Below, piece after piece: positions 37,584 through 52,171 of a DNA stretch of 64,000 nucleotides. Positions within the stretch are counted from its first letter, which is position 1. The number at the start of each line of letters is the position of its first letter. The position numbers and the translations under genes were made by a program. A model generated the notes under the pieces. It saw only the letters and a program-made list of their open reading frames with translations. It did not search any database and was not told where the DNA came from. Location: assembly GCA_964402565.1 (NCBI GenBank), contig CAYOCJ010000001.1, positions 160,079-224,078 on the forward strand, in the 5' to 3' direction. This DNA is from an uncultured Gammaproteobacteria bacterium. Lineage in GTDB: Bacteria > Patescibacteriota > Patescibacteriia > UBA1558 > 2-01-FULL-52-15.

Positions 37584-39779
37584 TTATTTGGATTTTTCTA
37601 GATACTGTGCAGCAAGATCTGGTTGGCCGTTATCTGCATAGGCGCGGCTGAGATCCAGGTAATCTTGCGGAGTAATTTTTTCCGGATCGATAAGCGCCAG
37701 ATAATGGTGCATGAGTTCTATTGATTTCTGATTATGATCGAGTTGATAACTTGTTCTGGCATATGTCTGATAGTATTCATTCGGTGCCTGGCCAGGCAAG
37801 AATGGTACCTTACTGAATACGGCATCCGCTTTTTTGTATAGGCCGAGGTTATAGAGAGCGATACCGAGGCCGGTCATGCTTTGTTTATTTTTTTCGATTG
37901 CTATGGATTGTTTGAACGTGTCTGCTGCTGCACTGTTCTCATCCCGGTCGATCTGTATCATGCCCAGCATGTCCAGATAGGTATTGTTGCCGTTCTGTAA
38001 CAGCATGACCTCATGCATGAGTTGCTCTGCTATCTTGAGATCATCTTGTGTATGCCCATCACATTCGTGAAGTAATTTTGCGGCAACGGTCATCGCATAA
38101 AGCGGGTGTTCGAGTTCGTGCATATTTCGACTGATCTCCGCAAAAAGATTGGCCTTTGCTTTTGGTTCTTTACAAAATGGGAGGTATCTATCCAATGCTT
38201 TTCCTGGGTTGAGGATCGCATAGGTATGATTTTTGATGATATCGTCATTTGTCTTGGACGCGGTCATATACACAGATTCATAGTTATCGAAGAAAACAAG
38301 CGACCACTCCTTCGATTCGCTTAACATATTTGCAAATGAAGAGGTGGCGGGGAAGACAATAAAGGAAATGTCGTATTTTTTTACAGCCTTTTGGAATGTC
38401 TTGCTGTCCGCAATGGCGCGATAGTACCAAAAGAAATAACTGTCATACAGGTTCGCCGCGCGACCGTCGATAAACACTTTGTACTGCGGATAGAGTTGCC
38501 AGATCAAAGAACTGCCGTCAGCATACTCATTCAGCATATTGCCTTGTAGATTGGCTTTTTTGAGAAAGGCGATGCTTTCTCTTGCCTCAATGATGCTCGA
38601 GGGTCCGATATTGAGAGATGATATCGATCCGGCAAAAAAAATGATAAAAAATAATGCCGCAAAAAATGCGACTTGAGCAAGAATTTCCTTTTTTTTGAGC
38701 TGTGTAACAATGGTAACATTTTTTGCAGTAATCAATGCAGCGATCAATACGAATATGTACATGCCGCGATTGTATTTGAATGCAGATAGCAAAAAGATGA
38801 TAAATAATAAAGTATCCTCGAAAAAAAATGTTTCAATGATACTGAGCAATTTGTATTTTTTTGATCTGCAGAGAAGGACGAGTTTATACGCGAGCACAAC
38901 CGCTGCGATCCATGCAAGAACAGGCACGGGAGTTGACGCATTCGAAGGAAAACTGACGAGATTCGCAAGTGGTGTCGAAAACCATTCTGTAATATTATTC
39001 AGAGTGTCAGTATCATTAAGCATTTTGCTCACGAAGCCGTATACATCATAGCCATAGGGAGTTACCAAGGTGACGGCACATACCAAAACAAGAATTATGC
39101 CATAGGTCCTTGCAAGTGTGTTTCGCGAAAATGTGCGAATAATATTTTTGTGTCTGATGAATGATCGCAATACTTCGCTGCCAAAGAATATCCCAACAAG
39201 CAATATGCCAAGCTCAAAACTACCATGCGCATTTGACCAAATTATCTCAACAAGCGGTAACGCGTAGATGAACTTTAAATGTCGATATTTGTATGCATAG
39301 AGTGCAAAAAGAAAGTAGCCCGCGAATAATGGAGAGGCGATCTCGGGTCTGATAAAGTTTCTGAGCAATGGAAGTGTGAAAAGAAACAGAGCTAGTGTGA
39401 GCACTAGATGTTCGTTCTTTTTTATCAACGCTGTTTTTATGAAAAAATAATATCCAGCGGAGATCAGTACAAAGCGTAAGGCATTGAGCCCGATATGTGC
39501 ACTATAGAGATAGATCAGGTATACCATGCCATCAAAAAGCCATGTATTGTTCAGCCAATAACCGCCCGCGAATGTATATGAAAATACATCGTGCGTCATG
39601 ATCGCATGGTTTTGAAACATCCATTTACCAAGAGAAAGGTGCCACCAAAAATCGTTATACGAAACTTGACCGAAACTGATGAGAGCGAGAACACAAACGA
39701 AAATCGCAATGCATAACACATTCACTTTGTTCCGGGAGGAAGTGAAATCAATCATTTTTTTAAGGGAAGTAGGTATCAT
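37584..39779 (-). CDS. Polytopic GT-C-like membrane protein with C-terminal TPRs, paralog 2
   Basis: YNDFWWHL, RPE, WSNAHGSF, ITEW and FIDGR motifs; many TMs; TPR-like tail. Confidence 0.7.
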   Translation of the reverse strand: MIPTSLKKMIDFTSSRNKVNVLCIAIFVCVLALISFGQVSYNDFWWHLSLGKWMFQNHAIMTHDVFSYTFAGGYWLNNTWLFDGMVYLIYLYSAHIGLNALRFVLISAGYYFFIKTALIKKNEHLVLTLALFLFTLPLLRNFIRPEIASPLFAGYFLFALYAYKYRHLKFIYALPLVEIIWSNAHGSFELGILLVGIFFGSEVLRSFIRHKNIIRTFSRNTLARTYGIILVLVCAVTLVTPYGYDVYGFVSKMLNDTDTLNNITEWFSTPLANLVSFPSNASTPVPVLAWIAAVVLAYKLVLLCRSKKYKLLSIIETFFFEDTLLFIIFLLSAFKYNRGMYIFVLIAALITAKNVTIVTQLKKKEILAQVAFFAALFFIIFFAGSISSLNIGPSSIIEARESIAFLKKANLQGNMLNEYADGSSLIWQLYPQYKVFIDGRAANLYDSYFFWYYRAIADSKTFQKAVKKYDISFIVFPATSSFANMLSESKEWSLVFFDNYESVYMTASKTNDDIIKNHTYAILNPGKALDRYLPFCKEPKAKANLFAEISRNMHELEHPLYAMTVAAKLLHECDGHTQDDLKIAEQLMHEVMLLQNGNNTYLDMLGMIQIDRDENSAAADTFKQSIAIEKNKQSMTGLGIALYNLGLYKKADAVFSKVPFLPGQAPNEYYQTYARTSYQLDHNQKSIELMHHYLALIDPEKITPQDYLDLSRAYADNGQPDLAAQYLEKSK

Positions 39780-41992
39780 AATGCTGGTGTGGTTGTTGGA
39801 TGTGTGAGTGTCTTTGATTTTTCAATATAGTTGTCAGCAGAAGCAGTATCGCCGGCGTCACGATATGCATTTGCAATATCGATATAATCTTGTTGGGTAA
39901 TCTCATTTTCATCAGCAACGTCAAGATATTTTTTAAAAAATTCAATAGCACGATCATTGTAATCGAGCTGATAACTTACGCGTCCATATACCTGATAAAA
40001 TTCATTTGGAATTGGTGCGGGTAAAGCCGGAATTTGTTTGAGTACTTTTTCGGCCTCTGCATACCTGCCTAGGTTATGTAGTGCGATGCCTAAGCCGGTC
40101 ATATTTTGAGCATTTTTTTTGATCTGGATCGATTTTTTAAATTCATCTACAGCTTCTTGTTCTCTGCCGAGATCGATAAGGTCGGTGCCCAGGTTAGCAT
40201 GTGCGTCCATGTCGTCCGGCTGATACGATATGATGGAGCGCAGTATGGTTTCTGCCTGTCGACTATTCTCAACAGTTTTGCCTTCGCAGTTCATAAGCAA
40301 GTAGGCAAGCACCGAAAGACTGTACACTGGTTCTTTAATTTCCGAGAGGTTTCTTTGAATTTCCTTTTTGAGTGTTTGCTGATCGGCGTTGTTCTGACAA
40401 TATTTTTTATAACCGCGTACCTCCGTAGCAGGATTAAGTATAGTGTACTGATTCGTATCTATGATTGCATCATTGCCAACGCCTTGCTTCATCACCACTG
40501 CGCTGGAGCCATCAAAAAAAACTAGCTTCCAATCTTTGCGAGTGATAATAGCGCTGTACAGTCTTGAATTATTTGGAACAATTGCGAAGCCTATCAAGAA
40601 CTGGTTTATGGCAGCTCCGAGGACATTGGTGTCGCCCATATTGCGATAGTACCAATAGTAATCATTGTCGTAGACATTTGGCGTCCTGCCGTCAATGAAT
40701 ATCTTATATGCGGGGAACAGTTGCCAGGACAATTCGCTGCCATTGCCATAATCATTCAGGAGGTTACCTTTTGGCTTTTCGTTTAGTACAAATGCGATGC
40801 TTTCGTGCGCCATGCTCGCATACGCTGGTCCGGTATTGAGTGTAAAGTCGTGTGCCCCACTCGTATAAATGATGATAAACATTAAACCGAGCGCCGCTTG
40901 GAGATAGAGCAATGTTGATCCGTTCGTTTGAACCCGAGCAAATCTCACGATGATGAGTGCGGAGATAAGTATCAGCGTGATCAGATAGCGATTATACTCA
41001 TGCGCCATATAGAAGTAAAAAGAAAAGATAGTTACTTCCTCATAGGGAACATTTCTTAAAAATGCAAACGTAGTAATTTTGTTCGTCCACAGGACCTTCA
41101 TTTTTTTGAGTAAGACGCCAACGGCTATGAAAAGGTACAGAGGATGGGCCACCGATGCGTTGAGTGGGAATGTAAACATTGATGAAAAAGGAATTTTCGA
41201 CCATTCCTGGATATTTCGAAGGCTTTCCTGATCACTTAAAATTTGATGCGTCAGAATGTAAATATAGTATCCATACGGATTGGCTAATGACGCTAGGCAG
41301 GTGAGAACGAGAACGATGCCATAGGCTCTGACGTATTTGTTGAACTTAAAACTCTGTATGATGAAACAGCGATGACGTAACATCGTACGCCATAGTTCTG
41401 CGCCGAAAAAAAAGGCAATCAAAACGATACCCATGGTAAACGTGCCATGAGTATTTACCCAGATGACCTCAAGGATTGGTAATAGGTAGAGATATTTTTT
41501 GTGTTCGTATTTAAAACTATACAGACTGAACAGGAATATACCGATGAATAAATTTTGCATGATTTCGGGTCTGACTAGGTTTCGCGTTTGCGGTATGCAC
41601 AGTAAAAAAACAATCACAGCAAACAAGAGACCCTTTGTGCCCTGTTTGATAAGGCTCGCACGTATGAAGAAGAAATAGGTTGCTCCAAATACCAGAAATC
41701 TCAGAATAGTAAGCCCCGCGAAGGAGGTTTTGCTGAACAGAAGGTAGAGTAAACCGTCGAACAGCCACGTTCCATTTAGCCAAAGCTTTCCGGAAAAATG
41801 TTGAGAAAAAATATCATGGGTGAGAAATGATTTCGACGCCAGCATCCATTTTCCTAATGCAAGATGCCACCAAAAGTCATTGTAGGAGAACTGGCCGAAA
41901 CTTAGCAATGCGATTAGTATCACAAAAACTGCGACCGCTACGGCAGTCGCAGTTCGAGATGAGCCTAAGACATCAGTCAATCTTTTTTGCAT
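39776..41992 (-). CDS. Polytopic GT-C-like membrane protein with C-terminal TPRs, paralog 1
   Basis: Same motif set as 37584..39779. Confidence 0.7.
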   Translation of the reverse strand: MQKRLTDVLGSSRTATAVAVAVFVILIALLSFGQFSYNDFWWHLALGKWMLASKSFLTHDIFSQHFSGKLWLNGTWLFDGLLYLLFSKTSFAGLTILRFLVFGATYFFFIRASLIKQGTKGLLFAVIVFLLCIPQTRNLVRPEIMQNLFIGIFLFSLYSFKYEHKKYLYLLPILEVIWVNTHGTFTMGIVLIAFFFGAELWRTMLRHRCFIIQSFKFNKYVRAYGIVLVLTCLASLANPYGYYIYILTHQILSDQESLRNIQEWSKIPFSSMFTFPLNASVAHPLYLFIAVGVLLKKMKVLWTNKITTFAFLRNVPYEEVTIFSFYFYMAHEYNRYLITLILISALIIVRFARVQTNGSTLLYLQAALGLMFIIIYTSGAHDFTLNTGPAYASMAHESIAFVLNEKPKGNLLNDYGNGSELSWQLFPAYKIFIDGRTPNVYDNDYYWYYRNMGDTNVLGAAINQFLIGFAIVPNNSRLYSAIITRKDWKLVFFDGSSAVVMKQGVGNDAIIDTNQYTILNPATEVRGYKKYCQNNADQQTLKKEIQRNLSEIKEPVYSLSVLAYLLMNCEGKTVENSRQAETILRSIISYQPDDMDAHANLGTDLIDLGREQEAVDEFKKSIQIKKNAQNMTGLGIALHNLGRYAEAEKVLKQIPALPAPIPNEFYQVYGRVSYQLDYNDRAIEFFKKYLDVADENEITQQDYIDIANAYRDAGDTASADNYIEKSKTLTHPTTTPAL

Positions 41993-42558
41993 AGGAGCTC
42001 GAACTCTATCTCCTCAAAGCCGCCGACCCAGAAGCACCAGATCCTGCTGCAAAAATTTTGACCCATATTTGCAAGTCCCGTGATAACGAAATTAACTCCG
42101 CGCAAAACAGTCACCGTGATCGGCGAGACGCCCATGTGTTTCATAAGGTGAAAGAAGGTCATCCAATGCAGTTCGGTTTTCTTGTGGACGAACTCCACTC
42201 CATAGAAACCTGATTTCGTGAAATTCTTATTGAAGTAATACGGGAAGATGACATCAAAACCTGACTTGTGTTCTGAATGGGTCATGCCGCGGCTGAAATG
42301 GGGGACTTTGATATGCAATGTGCCGCCCGGCTTCAATATACGATGCAATTCCTGCATGACAGAAAAAGGTCGGTCCAGGTGCTCGAGTATGTGAAAGGCC
42401 TCGATAAGTTCAAATGAATTATCCGGGAAAGGATAGGGGAGGTCATTCAGGTTATGTACGACATCTGGTTTTACATGATCGTGAAAATCGAGGTTGACAT
42501 AACCTTCTTTCTTATCCTCACCGCAACCGAGGTTCAATTTAGGGTGTTTTGGCTCCAT
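41977..42558 (-). CDS. SAM-dependent methyltransferase (type 11-like)
   Basis: LNLGCG, PYPFPD, HILEHL and RILKPGG motifs. Confidence 0.88.
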   Translation of the reverse strand: MEPKHPKLNLGCGEDKKEGYVNLDFHDHVKPDVVHNLNDLPYPFPDNSFELIEAFHILEHLDRPFSVMQELHRILKPGGTLHIKVPHFSRGMTHSEHKSGFDVIFPYYFNKNFTKSGFYGVEFVHKKTELHWMTFFHLMKHMGVSPITVTVLRGVNFVITGLANMGQNFCSRIWCFWVGGFEEIEFELLCKKD

Positions 42559-42566
42559 AATAGGCT

Positions 42567-44429
42567 TTACTTATACCACCTATCATACCACATCTGGAAG
42601 ACCATTAATGTCCACAGCTCTTTTCGATTATCTTGTTTCCCAGCGAGGTGATCCGATTGCAGTTTAGAGATCGTGGCATAGTTGAACAGTCCCTGTTTTT
42701 TTATTCGTTCCTGGGAGAGCAGTGAGTCAGTAAGGGGTTTCAATTCATGTTTGAGCCAGCGCGTGAGCGGTATGCCAAAGCCTTTTTTTGGCCTTGTCAC
42801 CACTGCAGCGGGCAGTTTATCCTTCATGAGCTCTTTCAATATATATTTCATGGTGAAACCGTGAATTTTGTAGTCGCTGGGCAACGATAAAGCGAATTGG
42901 GCCAGCTCATGATCGAGGAATGGCGCCCGGACTTCCAGAGCATTATACATGCTTGCGCGGTCGACCTTGGTCAAAATGTCTCCCTCCATGTATGTCCGGA
43001 CGAATGTATATGATAATTGATTCAATGGTTCAATGCTGGGGTCGTCCTTGAGGAGGTCGTCTATGATCTGATATTCATTGCGCTGCAGAGCGTCTTTGTT
43101 CAGGAGCAGTTCGTGCTGTGCATCGAGGCTAAAGCTCGATAGCCATCGCTGGTTTCTATAGGGAACTGAAACCTTCATGCCATCCAGCATGCGTCGGATA
43201 CGGAAACCCAGCGACATATTTTTTTCACCCTCAGGGAAGAGATGTGCAAGAGGTTCGCCGAGCGTACGCAGAAAAGTCGGGATCTTTTGATAGAGAAGCG
43301 AAAGTTTCAATGCCTGGAACGTATCATAGCCGGCGAGCAACTCATCTCCGCCATCACCCCCGAGCGCGACGGTCACGTGTGACCGCGTATAGCGCGATAA
43401 GAGATAGGTCGGCAGCAATGATGCATCCGCCAGCGGCTCGTCGAGAAGATCGGCAATAGTCGGAATGATATCCAAAGATTCATTTGCAGCGAAGATATGC
43501 TCGTGATGCTCGGTTCCGAGATGCTGCGCGACTAAACGTGCATAATTTGATTCATCGAAGGACGATTCTTTGAATCCGATAGAGAATGTCTGTATCTTTT
43601 GCTGCGAGGCTTGTTGTGCATAGTAAGCGACCGTTGAACTATCGATACCCCCGCTCAAAAAAATTCCCAATGGCACATCGGAGATCAGGCGGAGCTTGGT
43701 GCTGCGGGCAAGGTGTCCGTCGAGCTCCTGGACTGCTTCCGGAAATGTTACCGTGGACTGTTTTTTTTCAAATGCCCAATAGCTCTGATGAGACAGCTGC
43801 GTACCGTCCCAGACCGCATACTCTGAAGGTTTCAATTTTGAGATGCCTTTATAGATGGAATGCGGTGTCGGTACATATTCATACTGGAGGTAGAGGCTCA
43901 TCGAATGCAGATCGAGTTCCCTGCGGGCACTCGGGTGTTTGAACAATGCTTTCGGTTCGGATGCAAACATCAAGGTCGAATCGAAGATCCCATAGTACAG
44001 GGGTTTTTTACCGAACCGATCGCGTGCGAGCACGACGATGTCTTTTTTCTGGTCGTAGATCGCGAGCGCGAACATTCCATTCAGCTTGCTGAACATGTTG
44101 ACGCCGTAGTTTTTATAGAGGGCGAGCAGCACCTCAGTGTCGCTATTGGTCCTGAAAGCATATCGGTTGCCTGCGACCAGATCTTTTTTCAGCTCGCGAT
44201 AATTGTATATTTCTCCGTTGAAGGTGATGTGGATGCTGTCATCATCGCTGGACATAGGCTGATGCCCGCCAGGGGAGAGGTCAATGATAGCGAGGCGTGC
44301 CTGCGCCAGTGCAGTTTTGCCACGAAAAAAAACCCCGGTATCATCAGGTCCGCGGTGATGCAGCGCGGCGATCATTTCCGTGACCGTTGCCTTGTCTCCT
44401 TTGCCTGAAAATCCAGCAATTCCGCACAT
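42567..44429 (-). CDS. asnB: Asparagine synthase (glutamine-hydrolysing)-like amidotransferase
   Basis: MCGIAG, HRGPD, NGEIYN, LSGGIDSS, GDGGDE and EVRAPFLD motifs. Confidence 0.93.
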   Translation of the reverse strand: MCGIAGFSGKGDKATVTEMIAALHHRGPDDTGVFFRGKTALAQARLAIIDLSPGGHQPMSSDDDSIHITFNGEIYNYRELKKDLVAGNRYAFRTNSDTEVLLALYKNYGVNMFSKLNGMFALAIYDQKKDIVVLARDRFGKKPLYYGIFDSTLMFASEPKALFKHPSARRELDLHSMSLYLQYEYVPTPHSIYKGISKLKPSEYAVWDGTQLSHQSYWAFEKKQSTVTFPEAVQELDGHLARSTKLRLISDVPLGIFLSGGIDSSTVAYYAQQASQQKIQTFSIGFKESSFDESNYARLVAQHLGTEHHEHIFAANESLDIIPTIADLLDEPLADASLLPTYLLSRYTRSHVTVALGGDGGDELLAGYDTFQALKLSLLYQKIPTFLRTLGEPLAHLFPEGEKNMSLGFRIRRMLDGMKVSVPYRNQRWLSSFSLDAQHELLLNKDALQRNEYQIIDDLLKDDPSIEPLNQLSYTFVRTYMEGDILTKVDRASMYNALEVRAPFLDHELAQFALSLPSDYKIHGFTMKYILKELMKDKLPAAVVTRPKKGFGIPLTRWLKHELKPLTDSLLSQERIKKQGLFNYATISKLQSDHLAGKQDNRKELWTLMVFQMWYDRWYK

Positions 44430-44505
44430 AGGTTACCAAAACAATACTTGACAACTCATTAATATGAAATGATACTAACATAGCACCTACTCGATAGCAA
44501 CCACC

Positions 44506-44922
44506 ATGCTTACCAACATACAACGGATACGCGTTTACTCGTTATCCATCATTGTGGCTATTATTATTTTGGCGATCTTTTTTGGAATCTCAGACCGTCA
44601 GCGGCTCGCGGATATTCGTACGCTGGGGGAGGCGAGGACCTTTTCCTATGCACTAGAGCGATATCGCCAGGAGTATTGGCGGTACCCGCTGGGCAACCAT
44701 ATTGATATACGCACCGGGGTTAACCTGTCTGAGAACGGATTCGTGCCCGGCGTTCATTTATATTACCAAGGAGGCATACCGAGCTCGCATGCGGTAACGT
44801 ATGACGGCACTGATGCGTCCTATTCGATCAACTTTACGCTTCACAAAACGTGGCCGGAATTAGGCATCACCAGCACGAAGTGCACAGTCACCGAGAATTA
44901 CAGCCTGAAGTGCGTTAAATGA
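44506..44922 (+). CDS. Pilin/GspG-like protein
   Basis: Hydrophobic N-terminal helix, D.QRLAD...ALERY......YP pattern and C-terminal Cys pair. Confidence 0.6.
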   Translation: MLTNIQRIRVYSLSIIVAIIILAIFFGISDRQRLADIRTLGEARTFSYALERYRQEYWRYPLGNHIDIRTGVNLSENGFVPGVHLYYQGGIPSSHAVTYDGTDASYSINFTLHKTWPELGITSTKCTVTENYSLKCVK

Positions 44923-44958
44923 CTTTTAAAACAGGCCTGAAAATGGTACACTATAGAC

Positions 44959-45735
44959 ATGGAATATAGTGTCGTTTTTGTTTTTGGGCTGATAGTTGGC
45001 AGTTTTTTAAATGCGATCATTTATCGCCTTTCAGTAGGCCAGTCAGTGACCGCGGGGCGGTCATATTGTCCTGAGTGCAAGCATGTGCTGGCGCCGCGGG
45101 ACCTTGTGCCGGTACTGAGCTTCATGGTTTTGCGAGCCAAATGCCGGTATTGCCGTACGCCGATATCATGGCAATATCCGATCGTCGAGCTCGCAACCGC
45201 ATTCGCATTTGTGCTGGCGTATATGCAGATCGCGCCGAATGGCCTAATGCTCGGGGACAATGGTCTTCGCCTCATGCTGTATTGGATTTATGCAGCTTTT
45301 TTGATCGTGATCTTTGTCTATGACCTGAAACATTATTTGATTCTCGATGCGGTGATTATTCCTGCAGCTATCATTGCATTGATCGGCGGCATAGCCTTGC
45401 ATCAGCCGGTCTTGAGCATGTTGCTCGCGGGTATTGTCGCGGCAGGGTTTTTTGGCGTTCAGTTCTTTGTTTCGCGAGGCCGCTGGATCGGAGGCGGGGA
45501 TATACGTTTAGGTTTTCTCATGGGGCTTATCCTGTCCTGGCCGCATGTCGTCATCGCATTAATGCTGGCCTATGTGCTTGGCAGTTGCATCGGTATCGCT
45601 TTGATCCTTGCCGGCAAGAAAAAATTTGGAAGCCAGCTCCCTTTCGGCACTTTTCTTACTATAGCGACCTATATCGTGCTTTTGTACGGCGATCAGATCT
45701 TTAATTGGTATTGGAGTTTTACCTATGGCGCGTAG
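44959..45735 (+). CDS. pilD: Prepilin peptidase PilD
   Basis: GSFLN, RSYCPEC, CRYC, GGGD and PFGTFL motifs. Confidence 0.95.
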   Translation: MEYSVVFVFGLIVGSFLNAIIYRLSVGQSVTAGRSYCPECKHVLAPRDLVPVLSFMVLRAKCRYCRTPISWQYPIVELATAFAFVLAYMQIAPNGLMLGDNGLRLMLYWIYAAFLIVIFVYDLKHYLILDAVIIPAAIIALIGGIALHQPVLSMLLAGIVAAGFFGVQFFVSRGRWIGGGDIRLGFLMGLILSWPHVVIALMLAYVLGSCIGIALILAGKKKFGSQLPFGTFLTIATYIVLLYGDQIFNWYWSFTYGA

Positions 45736-46570
45736 AGGATACACCTTGGTTGAAATGATGATCTCGATCGGCATCCTGACGTTGCTCCTTGGCGTTGTCG
45801 GGTTTAATTATAATAGCAGCAAGAACTTCGAAACGATGAAATTAGAAATTCAGAGATTAGCCTCTGCTATCCGTTCTGCACGAAGCCGCGATTTTAATAG
45901 TACGGCAAAACTAGCCTGCTATGATGACATCTCTGCCGGGTCCGTGGTCCACGCATGCAATAAAAGTTCAGACTGCACGACAGGCAGCTGCACTATGAAT
46001 TATCCGTACTATGGGTATGGTGTGCATATCGAACAGGTCTATAAAGTATGCAGCGGCGATACTACTCGCTCATGCTATGACAACCTTGATTGCACCGGCG
46101 CACAAGGCACGTGTACTACAAATAATCCGCAAGGCAGAAGCAGTTACGTCGTTTTCGCTGATTTCACCAATCCAACCAACCCGCATTTTAACGGCGGAAA
46201 AACTGGCGGAGAATTTGTCGAAGAATTTATCATGCCGAAGGATTTCCGGCCTTACTTTTTCAAGACAACAAATGGCTGCAATGATTGGGATGCGGCTGAG
46301 GTCCTGTTTGACAGCGGTGCACTTTCATTGAAAGATCGCGTGTCCAATTCCTGGTCAAGTGTGGCGATCTCAAATGATGACGGCTCATCGAAAGCAAATC
46401 AGATCGGGCTCATACTTGAACTTTGGTATGCGCCAGGTGGCACCAGGACCGATAGCGTTCAGACGCGCAGGCAGCATGGACGCATCACTATCGACCAGCC
46501 TACGTTGAGTACTGATGATAAGCTGATGTCAAATACTACCCCTGCGCCATCTTTTGTAACCTGCGGATAA
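45725..46570 (+). CDS. Minor pilin (FimT/GspH-like), Cys-rich
   Basis: G|YTLVEMMI class III signal. Confidence 0.8.
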   Translation: MARRGYTLVEMMISIGILTLLLGVVGFNYNSSKNFETMKLEIQRLASAIRSARSRDFNSTAKLACYDDISAGSVVHACNKSSDCTTGSCTMNYPYYGYGVHIEQVYKVCSGDTTRSCYDNLDCTGAQGTCTTNNPQGRSSYVVFADFTNPTNPHFNGGKTGGEFVEEFIMPKDFRPYFFKTTNGCNDWDAAEVLFDSGALSLKDRVSNSWSSVAISNDDGSSKANQIGLILELWYAPGGTRTDSVQTRRQHGRITIDQPTLSTDDKLMSNTTPAPSFVTCG

Positions 46571-46571
46571 T

Positions 46572-47375
46572 ATGTTGCAACGTTTTTTCATGAACATTCG
46601 GAAGCAGCGTCGACGAGTTGCTATTCGCGCGACGGGTTTTTTGAGGCGCAGAAACGGATTCACTCTCATCGAAGGAATTATTGCTCTCGGCATCATCAGT
46701 ACAACCTTAGTCGTCGGCTTATCGCTGGCAGTATCGAATCTGACTGCAAGCCAGGATAATAGCGACCGCGTTATAGCCGGCAACTTAGCCCGCGAAGGCA
46801 TTGATTTGGTCCGCCAGCAGCGCGATTCAAATTGGATCCGGCGCATTGCAGGCATTTCTCCGAATAATTGGGACAATGGAATGTCATTTGGTTATGTCGA
46901 TCCGCGCATCGTCTACCCGAGCGGTTTTTTCGTATTCCCCCCTACTAATGGCTATTTTCAGCTTGTACTGGCGCAGCCGGTGAATTCAACGCAATATGAC
47001 CTGTCGAGCTGCATGCAAAGTCCGAGCGATGGTAATTCGATCCAATGTCAGGTCCGGAAGGGCACGGTTAACGGTACCACCGTGTATCATCAATACACTT
47101 CGGCGATCGCGAATACATTGCCGACCAGATTTTTTCGACGGCTCGTCATAAAATCAATTTGCTGGAACAGCTCGTCAAGCGTTGAGTATGTGCATCAGAT
47201 AGCACCCGCTGATGGGCCGATCACCTGGGGCAATTGCACCGGCGCAGACACGAGGATCGGGGTTCTCGTTACATCGGAGGTCATGTGGAAACGGGGGAGC
47301 AAGACCATTGATGTAACATTGAAAGACCGCTTGTACAATTGGGATAATGGGTATGCGGCGCGGAATAGTTTCTAA
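46572..47375 (+). CDS. Minor pilin (PilV-like)
   Basis: G|FTLIEGII, A.NLAREGID.VR..RD.NW and V.W motifs. Confidence 0.8.
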   Translation: MLQRFFMNIRKQRRRVAIRATGFLRRRNGFTLIEGIIALGIISTTLVVGLSLAVSNLTASQDNSDRVIAGNLAREGIDLVRQQRDSNWIRRIAGISPNNWDNGMSFGYVDPRIVYPSGFFVFPPTNGYFQLVLAQPVNSTQYDLSSCMQSPSDGNSIQCQVRKGTVNGTTVYHQYTSAIANTLPTRFFRRLVIKSICWNSSSSVEYVHQIAPADGPITWGNCTGADTRIGVLVTSEVMWKRGSKTIDVTLKDRLYNWDNGYAARNSF

Positions 47376-47389
47376 ACATTGCAGAGCAT

Positions 47390-48046
47390 ATGAACACGTA
47401 CGCAAACAAATCTGATCAGAAATTCATGCGAGATCGCAGCACACGCGGATATACCATCGTCGAGATGATCATATCGATCGGCCTTTTCTCTCTGGCATTC
47501 GGCGCTATCTCAACGATCTTCATCGGCTTTACCAATACGCAGACGAAAGCCTCGACATCTCAGAAACTTCTGAACGAAGCAAATTATATACTGACATCGC
47601 TTGCTTCTGATATCAGATCTAGTTCCATCGATTATACTTCTACAGGCTGCGGCGTAAGCGCCGGATCTTCGAATATTCTTTGCCTGAAGTCGTTCGACGG
47701 CAAGTATATCCGTTATGAGTATGCGAATGATACGGTGCAGTCAGCAGGCACGGTGCTGAAGATTTGTAAAAGTTATAACGACAGCCTGTGTGCTCTCAGC
47801 GTTTTTAATACTTCAAACCCGGCACTTTCGCTGTGGGCGATCAAGAAATCTGCTTTCATGACGGTTTCCGGCTTGAATTTTTATATTTATCCGGCTGCAA
47901 ACCCGAATACCTCGAATTCAGGAAACACCGGGCCGGCAGTGCAGCCGAGCGTTACCATTTTATTGAAGGCTTCTGCCGGCACAGCCAAGTCTGCGCAGTC
48001 CTATGATCTTCAGACTACGGTAACGTCCCGTCAATATACGTATTAG
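47390..48046 (+). CDS. Minor pilin (PilW-like)
   Basis: G|YTIVEMII, DIRSS and QP.VTI...LQTTVTSR motifs. Confidence 0.8.
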   Translation: MNTYANKSDQKFMRDRSTRGYTIVEMIISIGLFSLAFGAISTIFIGFTNTQTKASTSQKLLNEANYILTSLASDIRSSSIDYTSTGCGVSAGSSNILCLKSFDGKYIRYEYANDTVQSAGTVLKICKSYNDSLCALSVFNTSNPALSLWAIKKSAFMTVSGLNFYIYPAANPNTSNSGNTGPAVQPSVTILLKASAGTAKSAQSYDLQTTVTSRQYTY

Positions 48047-48047
48047 T

Positions 48048-51814
<3,767 letters not shown>

Positions 51815-51859
51815 TCCTCGGTTTGAAGAGAGTATTGCATTACGTTATACTAAGACTCT

Positions 51860-52171
51860 ATGGCACATCACCTGAATCAAGATGAAGTTCGGAAAGTGGC
51901 AAGGTTAGCCAGGCTGGATCTGACCGATGAAGAGCGGATCAAGGCCGCGGCTGACCTGGAAAGTATTCTGGCTTATATTGACCGGCTTTCAGCAGTCGAT
52001 ACAAAAGAAGTTACGCCGTATCAGAACGAACCGCAATCAGAGTCCCTGTTGCGCAGGGATGCTGCTGTTCCATTCAAAGATCGCGCGGCGCTGCTCGGAA
52101 AAGACCGGTTCAAAAATGACCTGCTGGTAACCAAAGGCGTATTTGCGAAAGGACAAGATGATGGAGCTTAA
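51860..52171 (+). CDS. gatC: Asp/Glu-tRNA amidotransferase subunit C
   Basis: VARLARL...IL.YID.L..VDT pattern; adjacent to gatA. Confidence 0.9.
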   Translation: MAHHLNQDEVRKVARLARLDLTDEERIKAAADLESILAYIDRLSAVDTKEVTPYQNEPQSESLLRRDAAVPFKDRAALLGKDRFKNDLLVTKGVFAKGQDDGA

